Translations under genes and position numbers: made by a program
The notes under the pieces: generated by a model
Database searches by the model: none
What the model was told of the DNA's origin: nothing
What the model saw: the letters and a program-made list of their open reading frames with translations, nothing else
In this document: positions 11,344-22,672 of the stretch, piece by piece
How positions within the stretch are numbered: position 1 is the stretch's first letter
Layout: the number at the start of each line of letters is the position of its first letter
Assembly: GCF_001194135.2 (NCBI RefSeq)
Contig: NC_068986.1
Location: 32,845,070 to 32,888,462, forward strand
DNA from: Octopus bimaculoides
Taxonomy: Eukaryota
Reading direction: 5' to 3'
DNA length: 43,393 nt

Positions 11344-11394
11344 TTTGTCAAAATATTTTCGTCGCTTTGAGACCGCGACCTGTTCACTGACAAA
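11344..11394 (-). ncRNA. Minimal type-I hammerhead-ribozyme-like motif, G3-C8 variant
   Basis: Minus strand UUUGUCA-GUGAACA-G-GUCGC-ggucucaaa-GCGAC-GAAA-AUAUU-U-UGACAAA: 7-bp stem I, 5-bp stem II, GAAA, palindromic AAUAUU stem III, H17=U. Folded by eye only. Confidence 0.68.
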
Positions 11395-11539
11395 ATTCGA
11401 ACCAGAGAGAATTCTTAAGTCAAATTTTTGGGCCATGTTTACATATTAGGGAATTCCTGCTAGCATTTTGGAGTCCCAGGAGTCAAAACAATAATGTACC
11501 TATCATATAATGTGGGCCATTCGATCTACAACAACAACA

Positions 11540-11575
<36 letters not shown>

Positions 11576-11578
11576 GCA

Positions 11579-11627
<49 letters not shown>

Positions 11628-13940
11628 ACTCCATACAAAGACGTGCCCTTGTGCATTGTGCCAATATGCGTTGTTGGCGTTGGTATCGTTTCCACTGTCG
11701 GTACTGGTAGAATGAATTTATTTTACTGCTGTAATGGTATATATATNNNNNNNNNNNNNNNNNNNNNNNNNNNNNNNNNNNNNNNNNNNNNNNNNNNNNN
11801 NNNNNNNNNNNNNNNNNNNNNNNNNNNNNNNNNNNNNNNNNNNNNNNNNNNNNNNNNNNNNNNNNNNNNNNNNNNNNNNNNNNNNNNNNNNNNNNNNNNN
11901 NNNNNNNNNNNNNNNNNNNNNNNNNNNNNNNNNNNNNNNNNNNNNNNNNNNNNNNNNNNNNNNNNNNNNNNNNNNNNNNNNNNNNNNNNNNNNNNNNNNN
12001 NNNNNNNNNNNNNNNNNNNNNNNNNNNNNNNNNNNNNNNNNNNNNNNNNNNNNNNNNNNNNNNNNNNNNNNNNNNNNNNNNNNNNNNNNNNNNNNNNNNN
12101 NNNNNNNNNNNNNNNNNNNNNNNNNNNNNNNNNNNNNNNNNNNNNNNNNNNNNNNNNNNNNNNNNNNNNNNNNNNNNNNNNNNNNNNNNNNNNNNNNNNN
12201 NNNNNNNNNNNNNNNNNNNNNNNNNNNNNNNNNNNNNNNNNNNNNNNNNNNNNNNNNNNNNNNNNNNNNNNNNNNNNNNNNNNNNNNNNNNNNNNNNNNN
12301 NNNNNNNNNNNNNNNNNNNNNNNNNNNNNNNNNNNNNNNNNNNNNNNNNNNNNNNNNNNNNNNNNNNNNNNNNNNNNNNNATATATATAAGCATATATGA
12401 CACTTCGCCCCGCTCATTCATTTCTCCCATTAACGATTTACCATTATTTATTCTTCAACAGTTTGCCTGCCTACCTCTACATTTATCATTCACTATTTCA
12501 AGTGCCCGATTCAATTTTAATTGCCATGCTTCTCATGGATCTTTCTGAGATACTTCGATATTATTCGATGCGTAGGCATGTTTTCCAATGATTTTTCTGT
12601 TCATCTTATTCTTCTTTTAATGGTGTATATTGGTTGGTTTCTACTTTATTTTCGAGTCGTATTCATTTTTACGATAGAATGATACATATAGATATTACTG
12701 ACACTCCCTCCCTATATACACATATGTGTGTCTATAATTAACGATATATAAGTGTGTGAGTGTCTGTTTGTCTGTGTGTTATACGTATATGTATATATAT
12801 ACGTGTATATGTGTACGTAGATATGTAATTGTAACAAACATATACACATGTGTGTATATGAATATGTATATCTATATATCTGTGTTGGTATATACTTTTT
12901 ATATGCATGCACGCACCCCCTATATATATATATATATACATTTATATATATATATATATATATATANNNNNNNNNNNNNNNNNNNNNNNNNNNNNNNNNN
13001 NNNNNNNNNNNNNNNNNNNNNNNNNNNNNNNNNNNNNNNNNNNNNNNNNNNNNNNNNNNNNNNNNNNNNNNNNNNNNNNNNNNNNNNNNNNNNNNNNNNN
13101 NNNNNNNNNNNNNNNNNNNNNNNNNNNNNNNNNNNNNNNNNNNNNNNNNNNNNNNNNNNNNNNNNNNNNNNNNNNNNNNNNNNNNNNNNNNNNNNNNNNN
13201 NNNNNNNNNNNNNNNNNNNNNNNNNNNNNNNNNNNNNNNNNNNNNNNNNNNNNNNNNNNNNNNNNNNNNNNNNNNNNNNNNNNNNNNNNNNNNNNNNNNN
13301 NNNNNNNNNNNNNNNNNNNNNNNNNNNNNNNNNNNNNNNNNNNNNNNNNNNNNNNNNNNNNNNNNNNNNNNNNNNNNNNNNNNNNNNNNNNNNNNNNNNN
13401 NNNNNNNNNNNNNNNNNNNNNNNNNNNNNNNNNNNNNNNNNNNNNNNNNNNNNNNNNNNNNNNNNNNNNNNNNNNNNNNNNNNNNNNNNNNNNNNNNNNN
13501 NNNNNNNNNNNNNNNNNNNNNNNNNNNNNNNNNNNNNNNNNNNNNNNNNNNNNNNNNNNNNNNNNNNNNNNNNNNNNNNNNNNNNNNNNNNNNNNNNNNN
13601 NNNNNNNNNNNNNNNNNNNNNNNNNNNNNNNNNNNNNNNNNNNNNNNNNNNNNNNNNNNNNNNNNNNNNNNNNNNNNNNNNNNNNNNNNNNNNNNNNNNN
13701 NNNNNNNNNNNNNNNNNNNNNNNNNNNNNNNNNNNNNNNNNNNNNNNNNNNNNNNNNNNNNNNNNNNNNNNNNNNNNNNNNNNNNNNNNNNNNNNNNNNN
13801 NNNNNNNNNNNNNNNNNNNNNNNNNNNNNNNNNNNNNNNNNNNNNNNNNNNNNNNNNNNNNNNNNNNNNNNNNNNNNNNNNNNNNNNNNNNNNNNNNNNN
13901 NNNAATGATAATTAAAATAATAATAATAATAATAATAATA

Positions 13941-14023
<83 letters not shown>

Positions 14024-14072
14024 CATCGGAAAGACGAAGAGCGCGGTGCGATTGCAATACACATTTTATTGG

Positions 14073-14111
14073 TTGAACAATATTTCGACAGGAAGTCTTT
14101 GTCGAGTTCAA
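14073..14111 (-). ncRNA. Degenerate minimal hammerhead-like motif, U3-A8 variant, in pLTR-like segment
   Basis: Minus strand UUGAAC-UCGACAA-A-GAC-uuccu-GUC-GAAA-UAU-U-GUUCAA: 6-bp stem I, 3-bp stem II, palindromic AUAU stem III; U4 replaced by C. Confidence 0.5.
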
Positions 14112-14337
14112 AATGAAAAGTGATAAATATTCAAAATTATAGGAATTCAAATCTAAAGTATGAACGAGAGCAACCAGCGTCCTCACGTTGATGGAATGAT
14201 ATAATCAGTCTCTAAGTTTCAGTTTTCAAACTGGCGAAAAGAAAAAGACAGAATAAAAAGGCGAGAAATGAAAGGTGAGTGAACATATTTGCTTTGATGT
14301 ATGAAGAGCAGTCATTTTTACTTTCGGTACAAATGTT

Positions 14338-14750
14338 ATGTGACTAACCTATTGACGCTGGGTTGATAATCGTAGCGGAAAATTTTCCTGAAATTCCAAC
14401 ACAACCAACCATTTTTTTTCTAACATAGATTCCACACTGCACACTGTTCGTTCATCACAGAAGGAACAATCATTTTTGTTTTGTCAACCACTTTTTTCGG
14501 AGATGTTTATATTTATGAATTTTTGAACTTACCAGTACCACCACAAACAGACATAATTCCTACAGTTCAACAAGTTCATATTACTAATCCCCAATTTGGC
14601 GCATATGATTGTGGGCTTTTTGTCCTGGCGTATGCATTTGAACTGATCATTGGAAATGCTCCAGAGAAGTTTTTATTTGATTACTCAAAACTGCAAGCAC
14701 ATTTGAGATCTTGCCTCGAAATCAATAAATTAGTTCTTTTCCCGAGAGTA
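14338..14750 (+). pseudogene. Ulp1/SENP-family (peptidase C48-like) cysteine protease domain, frameshifted
   Basis: M*LT..IDAGLIIVAENFPEIPTQPTI, then NNHF(+1 T)VLSTTFFGDVYIYEFLN...PQFGAYDCGLFVLAYAFELIIGNAPEKFLFDYSKLQAHLRSCLE. His 14471-14473, acidic residue (Glu) 14517-14519, Gln 14592-14594 and Cys 14610-14612 occur in the Ulp1 order. Confidence 0.85.
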
Positions 14751-15007
14751 AAGTTTTTTCAAATGTATACAAAAAACATATATGTCATTCACTTTCTATC
14801 ACCCACGCAGAAATGGATTACTCCTAGAAAGACGACTAAAAATTATAACTTCTCACATGAACGTTCAGGACAAATTTTATTACCCAATGGGTTTCATGTT
14901 TTAAGTGAAGATTTCGAGCAAAACCCAAAAAGTAATCAGGTATCTAATGAGAGTAAGACTCTGAAACCGATTGCCCGAGAAAATGTATCACACTAGAGAA
15001 TAAGTCG

Positions 15008-15775
15008 GTCATAAATTTATCTCAACTAAAACTTTAGCCCGACAATGTCTCAGTCTTGGGGCTTCGACTGAGTTTCTTCCCAAGCACTAAGAATTTCGAT
15101 AAGAATAAACTAGCTCAAGACCTATTTCAGCCACAAGCAGAAGGAATATATTTTTGAAATAACTTGTAACGAGGAGTCAGAAAACCCTATGCTTACTGAA
15201 AATAAAAATGATGATGATCGAATGAGGTATAATTGGATTGAAAAGATTCCCAGTTGGTATCCAGATAAAGTTCGGGATGGACGTTCACAAGCACTACTGG
15301 AATTTCTTGAATCATATCAGACACGCATTAGAGAAAGCCTTAAAAGAAGTGGAAAGAAGTCCTGGAATAACCTCACAAATTCCCGACGTAACGCACTCCG
15401 ACGTAACGCACTCCGACGTAACGCACTCCGACGTCCGGCTAATAACGATTCTATTCTTATTAAAATGTAGGATAAAGGAGGCGTTATCGTAATTATGGAC
15501 AAAAGTGAGTATATATCGGCTTGTGAAGATGTTTTAAGAGACAAAACTTCATATAAAGAAATACCTGTCGATCTAAACCCCGATTCCAGAAAGGAACTTG
15601 ACAAAATAATTCTGGAAATGGAGGAAAACAATTTCATTAATTAGGCCGAATCCAGGATTTACGGTCAGAAAGAATACCTATATTTTATGGTCTCCCTAAA
15701 ATACACAAAAATTTTGAAAGATTTCCTCCAATGCGCTAAATTTGCAGCGGATATGAATGTTGTACAGCCAAGATA
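15008..15775 (+). pseudogene. Penelope-like reverse transcriptase, N-terminal part, with stops and frameshifts
   Basis: VINLSQLKL*PDNVSVLGLRLSFFPSTKNFDKNKLAQDLF ... WNNLTNSRRNAL...NNDSILIKM*DKGGVIVIMDKSEYISACEDVLRDKTSYKEIPVD ... IFYGLPKIHKNFERFPPMR*ICSG, matching the PLE hallmarks NLS..L..GL.F.P, K.ADKG..VV.D and FY.LPKIHK...RPIVS. Confidence 0.9.
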
Positions 15776-15798
15776 GTGTTATTCAAGGGAAAGTGAAG

Positions 15799-15950
15799 AC
15801 ACCAGTGACGTCACAACTCATTTCTACAGGTGAGTGAACTGGAGCAACGTGAAGTAAAATATATTGCTCAAGAACACAATGCACAGCCCGGTGCGGGAAT
15901 CGAAATCTCTACCTCATAAATGTGAGCCCGATGCTCTAACCACTGAGCCG
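15799..15950 (-). mobile_element. SINE family D
   Basis: Minus strand ggctcagtggttagagcatcgggctcacatttatgaggtagagatttcgattcccgcaccgggctgtgcattgtgttcttgagcaa...: tRNA-like A and B boxes. Confidence 0.8.
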
Positions 15951-15994
15951 ACTACAAACCTGATTGTCTTTAGGTTCTATTTATCTTTTACTAT

Positions 15995-16376
15995 GGAGGC
16001 GCAATGGCCCAGTGGTTAGAGCAGCGGACTCACGGTCATAGGATCGCGGTTTCGATTCCCAGACCGGGCGTTGTGAGTGTTTATTGAGCGAAAACACCTA
16101 AAACTCCACGAGGCTCCAGCAGAGGATGGTGGTGAACCCTGCTGTACTCTTCCACTACAATTTTCCCTCACTCTTACATCCTGTTTCTGTTGTGCCTGTA
16201 ATTCAAAGGGTCAGCCTTGTCACACTGTGTCACGCTGAATATTCCCCGAGAACTACGTTAAGAGTACATGTGTCTGTGGAGTGCTCAGCCACTTGCACGT
16301 TAATTTCACGAGCAGGCTGTTCCGTTGATCGGATCAACTGGAACCCTCGACGTCGTAAGCGACGGAGTGCCAACAA
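15995..16376 (+). mobile_element. SINE family B, full length
   Basis: tRNA-like head (tggcccagtgg; ggtttcgattccc) plus the body shared with 10515 and 30319, ending gacggagtgccaac. Confidence 0.9.
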
Positions 16377-16721
16377 TATCNNNNNNNNNNNNNNNNNNNN
16401 NNNNNNNNNNNNNNNNNNNNNNNNNNNNNNNNNNNNNNNNNNNNNNNNNNNNNNNNNNNNNNNNNNNNNNNNNNNNNNNNNNNNNNNNNNNNNNNNNNNN
16501 NNNNNNNNNNNNNNNNNNNNNNNNNNNNNNNNNNNNNNNNNNNNNNNNNNNNNNNNNNNNNNNNNNNNNNNNNNNNNNNNNNNNNNNNNNNNNNNNNNNN
16601 NNNNNNNNNNNNNNNNNNNNNNNNNNNNNNNNNNNNNNNNNNNNNNNNNNNNNNNNNNNNNNNNNNNNNNNNNNNNNNNNNNNNAATTAGAAACGGAAAA
16701 CTAAGAAAAAAGAAGGCGGCG

Positions 16722-16952
16722 GCGGCGGAGGAGGAGAATGGAAGACGAGGAGGAGGAAAAGGAGGTGGAGGGGGAGGAAAAGGAGGAGGAGGACGAGGAG
16801 GACGAGGAGGACGAGGAGGACGAGGACGAGGAGGACGAGGAGGACGAGGAGGACGAGGAGGAAGAGGAGGAAGAGGACGAGGAGGAGGAGGACGGGGACG
16901 AGGAGGAGGAGGACGGGGACGAGGAGGAGGACGAGGAAGAGGAGGAAAGAGA
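16722..16952. repeat. (GAG/GAC)n low-complexity repeat with gacgaggag modules
   Basis: Read directly from the sequence; produces the poly-E/D ORF 16738-16959. Confidence 0.85.
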
Positions 16953-17517
16953 TAAATAACTAAATTAATGTATCACAGAAAATTAAACCTTTCACCTTTA
17001 CCTTACGTGTCTTGTCACTATACACAACCAAATCAATACATACATATATATAAATATGCATGGAATTATGCATGTATATATATGTACACATATGTATTAT
17101 ACCCACATTATACAGGCACACTGCGCTCTCTCCTTTTATTTTGGCATGATGTATAAGAAGGTCGATAACTAATACTTAGGCAAAACAAACTAACGACACA
17201 TCAATAAATCGAATATGTTTATCTGCTTTGATTTTAAAATCATTTGAGTTAATTTTGCAACCCCGCCATCTCCAATTTTCCCACCAATACCCCCAGAACA
17301 ACACACGCGAACACACTTACGCACGCACACGAACACACTCGCAAACACACACACACGTACACACATACACACAAACACACGCGCACACACACACATACAC
17401 ATACACACTTGCGCATTTATAACATTTAATGTGTATGTGTCTGAGTGTATGCATATATATATATATATGTATGCATATATATGTATACATATATACGTAT
17501 ATGTATGTATTCATATA

Positions 17518-17584
<67 letters not shown>

Positions 17585-17672
17585 NNNNNNNNNNNNNNNN
17601 NNNNNNNNNNNNNNNNNNNNNNNNNNNNNNNNNNNNNNNNNNNNNNNNNNNNNNNNNNNNNNNNNNNNNNNN

Positions 17673-17780
<108 letters not shown>

Positions 17781-18745
17781 CATGCGTACATATATATATC
17801 GTATATATATTCATATAAATGTATGCATTCAAACATATACATAAATTGACATATATACACCCACAAAATCACGCACATACACACACACATACAAGCACAC
17901 ACACATACAAGTACACACACACAGACACACATACTCCTCACCCTATCCCACCCCACCATACACGTCGTGTCTATCATCTCTTATCATCTGCTACCGTTTC
18001 TATCAATTTGATATGGTGAAAATGCCAAGGAAACAACAGTAATTTCCAAGATATCTTTAAAACTTAGAAGTTATCGGCTTTCTATTTCCCTAATTATGAG
18101 CTCCGAGCTAAAATCACTCAAATTAAGCTTGCCAACAGATCGTTTATCCCCCTTCATCCACCCATCAGTAACCTCACGAAACCCAACCAAACTCCAAAGA
18201 AGCAGCCGTATTTCCGAAGATCTTGAAAGAAAAGTTGATAGATTCTTGCTTTGTTTTCTTCGATATGTGTCTAATCACACAATCGTGATTAGATATTGTT
18301 TCCATCATGTATATTTGTCATTCCTTTAACGATATCGAGACATTGATTATTATTAACCCATTTTCGTTCCGGAGTTGAGAAACCACCCACCAACTCAAGC
18401 TATCTTACCACCATTCAACGAAGAAACCACCACCACTACTAATAACTCCAGCAACAACAATACCACTAATAACGCCGACAACGACCAGAACAATTACAAC
18501 AACAATAACAAATACGAAAATCAGAACAACGGAACAGCAGCTACAACAACAAAATTTAGAACAACGTATGTGCGTTATCGGCTGATTTATTTACGCGCGT
18601 GTCTCATTATTGACAGAAGGGTTCCTCATCAGGGGATATAGCCAAATAGAATGTTCACCTTATTCACAACGGCACATTTCTCCAGTTTATTTAAGCAATA
18701 TTTGTGTATGTATGAATATATATATATATAAATGCATGTATATAA

Positions 18746-18942
<197 letters not shown>

Positions 18943-19256
18943 TATACGTATATAGATACAGATAGATATATACATATATTCATATATTTATATGTATATG
19001 AATTTGTGTGTGTATATTTATATATATTATATATATACGTATAATGTAAGCATGTATATGTGTATAGGAATGTGTGTGTATATATAATATATATATATAC
19101 ACACACACTCATGTATACACATTTACAATGTGACAATCACTAACACTTGCATACACATCCATGTGTGTGTGTAAGTTTATATGTATACATGAGGGTAAAC
19201 ATACATATTTTTATATATATACACACATCTATATATGCATGGACATTTGTGAGTAT

Positions 19257-19305
<49 letters not shown>

Positions 19306-19345
19306 NNNNNNNNNNNNNNNNNNNNNNNNNNNNNNNNNNNNNNNN

Positions 19346-19402
<57 letters not shown>

Positions 19403-20310
19403 CATATACAACTATATATATATATTTTTGTGTGTGTGTGTATATACACATGCACACACACATACGCACGCGTGCAGACACACAGACACACAAATGCACA
19501 CACACGCACTCACACACACACACACACACACTCACTCACACACACACACACACATATATATATAATTAGTTCCTGTATATACATGCATATGCATATGTAT
19601 ATGAATATGTCTACGTGTATTACACTCGTAAAAATATTGCTATAATTATATTATCCAGTTAAACCGTTATTTAAATTATCCAAGTTAACAAGAAGACATG
19701 GCTGCCTGGATTGCTAAAAACACATCCACACGCATTTACTTTAACTCGCGTTCTTACGCTCATTTAGGGGAACAGTTATTAAAACTAGGTGCAGATCATA
19801 ATGAGAGTTGAGATATGTATGTATTAATGCAAAATTTAAATGAATGTAATTACCTTTAATTATTTTGCAGCTTAGAAGCAATATAGTAGAAGTTACAGCA
19901 AAAACTGAATCGTGTATGTATAAACATATATGTGTGTGTATGTGCGTGCGTGTGTTTACGTATGTGTGTGTGTGTGAGAGATAGATAGTTTGTGTGTGTG
20001 TATTTAATAAAGGTAAACTATTCTGCCTCTAATGTTGCGATATGGAGTATATCATATCGTAATAGACACACACATATACACACATACACACCCACGCACG
20101 CACACATACTCACATATACACACGCGTATACGCACACATCTTTCATGATGTATCACAACTTTAGTCTTTGCATCTCTCCTTTCCATCTTGCAGTAGCACT
20201 GAACAGCTTATAATTTATATACGGACACTCCTGAGCACATTTGAGGCGCGTCTATAACTGCAGGTATGACACTTCCATCATTTATCGATATTTGTATTCA
20301 TATGTGTGTC

Positions 20311-20355
<45 letters not shown>

Positions 20356-20389
20356 TGTATATCTGTCTGTCTGTCTGTATGTTTTTCTG

Positions 20390-20585
20390 TCTGTCTTCTA
20401 CGCCACCTCGCTTGACAACCGATGCTTGGTTGTTGACAACCCAGCAACTTAGCGGTTCAGCAATGAAGAGACAGATAGAAAAAGTGCCAGTCATGAAAAC
20501 TAAGTAGAAGAGTCGATTTGTTTTGACTAAACTCTCCCAGAGTTTGTCCAAGCATCGCCGCAGTCCAGTCACTGAAACGACGGAT
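20390..20585 (+). mobile_element. Decayed 3' half of SINE family C
   Basis: tcgcttgacaaccgatgcttgg...caacttagcggttcagcaa...gtcgatttgttttgactaaa...gccgcagtccagtcactgaaac. Confidence 0.6.
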
Positions 20586-20984
20586 AACGACAGCAAAATA
20601 TTACAGAAAAAGCAATTCCAGGCTTACATGCATATAATAAATGCTATATACACAAATATATCGTAATCTACTACTGTTTCAAGTGTTAATTTATTAATTT
20701 TATCTTAGCCTGGTTAGCTTTCACTCAAACCAGTACAAGTTTGTTTACCGACTTCTATATCAGAATAAGCATTTTCGGCTTAGCTCAGAACAATCGGTGT
20801 AGTCCTCACCGAGAAGAGACAAAATCAAGCCAAAAAATACCTGTCGGGCGATCCATAGGCGTTCTTAGCAGAATCTTCTCATTTTAATACTCAAGTCACG
20901 TTACAGCTAGTACTGTTCCATGTTTGCACAAATATTACAAACGCTATCTAGATTGGTATTTTAACCTAAGACTATTTTTAGTTT

Positions 20985-21318
20985 ATTCTTTCTTTTATTT
21001 GTTTCAGTCATTTGACTGCGGCCATGCTGGAGCACCGCCTTTAGTCGAACAAATCGACCCCAGGACTTATTCTTCGTAAGCCTAGTACGTATTCTATCAG
21101 TCACTTTTTCCCGAACCGCTACGTTACGGGGACGTAAACACACCAGCATCTGTTGTCAACCGATGTTGAGAGGGGACAAACACAGACACACACACACATA
21201 CATACATACATATATTTAGGTACGACGGGCTTCTTTCAGTTTCCGTCTACCAAATCCACTTACAAGTGGGACTAAATCCAGAAGCATGTGGTTCGTAAGC
21301 AAGCTACTTACCACACAC
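20985..21318 (-). mobile_element. SINE family C with internal deletion of the core
   Basis: Matches 22190-22560 but jumps from ccacttacaa directly to gtgggactaaatcc, losing roughly 55 bp. Confidence 0.85.
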
Positions 21319-21475
21319 ACACACACANNNNNNNNNNNNNNNNNNNNNNNNNNNNNNNNNNNNNNNNNNNNNNNNNNNNNNNNNNNNNNNNNNNNNNNNN
21401 NNNNNNNNNNNNNNNNNNNNNNNNNNNNNNNNNNNNNNNNNNNTATATATATATATGTGTATGTATGTATGTATG

Positions 21476-21506
<31 letters not shown>

Positions 21507-22189
21507 GTATTTGTGTATATATATCTATACTTGTGTGTCTTTATGTTGCAATTCGTTGACCATAGCTATTTCAGGTCTGTATGTAGTTACCTTACACAGA
21601 TATTTTCCCATTAACATTGTTGCAATGGAATCCAGATTCTTGATGTGCTTGTTTTACTTCTTTTGTGGTCTTTTTTGTTTTTGTTTTTTGTAGTTGTTTT
21701 GTTTGTCCTTTACAAAAGCCGGATTCCCAACGATGACTTTTTATTATATGGCCCACGTATTATTCACGCAGCAACAGTTAAACGTCACGGTTTTATCTTT
21801 TCCAATTTCTTGTATTTATTTTTTTGTTTTGTTAAACAGCATATGGTATTTTTGTCTGTCAGGAAAAAATGTCCGCTGATTAATGCAAGTACTTTTTTTT
21901 TGTCGTTTTTTCGATGCAGGTATATTTTTACGTTCATATCAAATGAGAATTCGAAGCGGATGACCTAAACGATTCTTCTTTTGCTAGTTCTATTGCACGC
22001 TGGTTCACGCTTGGCTAGAAACTTCATTTTCTCTTTAAGTCTATCTTTCTTTACACAGACTTCTTTCCAGTAGTTTTCAACCTAGCTATAACTATATATA
22101 TATTCAAGGATATATTACAGAGGTACATATTATAGTGTTAAGGTCACTATTATGATCAGTAGCTGCTTAAAATCCATAGCTGACATATA

Positions 22190-22560
22190 CTCTCTTTTAC
22201 TCTCCTTTCCTTGTTTCAGTCATTTGACTGCGGCCATGCTGGAGCACCACCTTTAGTCGAGAAAATGGAAGCCTAGTACTTATTCTATCAGTCCCTTTTG
22301 CCGAACCGCTAAGTTACGGGGACGTAAACACACCAGTATCGGTTGTCAAGCGATGGTGGGGGAACAAACAGACACACGTGCATATATACATATATACACA
22401 TATATACGACGGGTTTCTTTCAGTTTCCGTCTACCAAATCCACTCACAAGGCTTTGGTCGGCCCGAGGCTATAGTAGAAGACACTTGCCAAAGGTGCCAC
22501 GCAGTGGGACTGAACCCGGAACCATGTGGTTGGTAAGCAAGCTACTTACCACACAGCCAT
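22190..22560 (-). mobile_element. SINE family C (CORE-SINE-like), full length
   Basis: Minus strand: tRNA-like head tggctgtgtggtaagtagc...ccgggttcagtccc; CORE-like ggcacctttggcaagtgtcttctactatagcctcggg; internal (TA/TG)n; tail ending gactgaaacaag. Resembles octopus OR-type SINEs as recalled; exact family not assigned. Confidence 0.9.
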
Positions 22561-22582
22561 ATGCAACACATATACGCATATA

Positions 22583-22672
22583 TACCGTCTTACGTGCTCA
22601 TACCGTCTTACGTATACATAACGTCTTGCGTACACATATCGCCTTACGTACAGAAAACGTCTTACGTATATA
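22583..22672. repeat. 18-bp minisatellite, 5 divergent copies
   Basis: taccgtcttacgtgctca / taccgtcttacgtataca / taacgtcttgcgtacaca / tatcgccttacgtacaga / aaacgtcttacgtatata. Confidence 0.85.

Larger units (their letters stand above)
14023..15790 (+). mobile_element. Decayed Penelope-like element (PLE) with inverted pLTR-like 5' segment and N-terminal protease domain; 3' part missing
   Basis: In order: minus-strand pLTR-like segment (hammerhead-like fold, AATAAA, (TAA)n tail) at about 14023-14150; Ulp1-like domain; PLE N-terminal motif; RT start. Ends at a SINE at about 15799. No GIY-YIG region seen. Confidence 0.75.

Noticed and set aside
14270-14430. Possible intron in the PLE 5' region (gtgagt at 14275; ttttttttctaacatag ending about 14428)
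   Set aside because: It would remove sequence that aligns with the start of the Ulp1 domain; cannot be decided without the family consensus.
16738-16959. Acidic poly-E/D ORF resembling a nucleolin- or prothymosin-like tract
   Set aside because: Pure GAG/GAC repeat with no flanking domain or splice evidence, next to a gap; similar trinucleotide tracts are common in this window.
18585-18640. Perfect CTGATGA on the minus strand (18632-18626) followed by ggaacccttc and later acgcgcgt...aataaa
   Set aside because: No GAAA after the putative stem II and no stem I pairing. Possibly a ruined PLE end, but not supportable as a hammerhead.
21895-21970. Strong-looking splice acceptor ttttttcgatgcag
   Set aside because: All three downstream frames hit stops within about 50 nt and no donor follows.
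22583-22672. CRISPR-like repeat/spacer appearance
   Set aside because: The period is only 18 bp, the spacers are related to each other, the context is eukaryotic and there are no cas genes.
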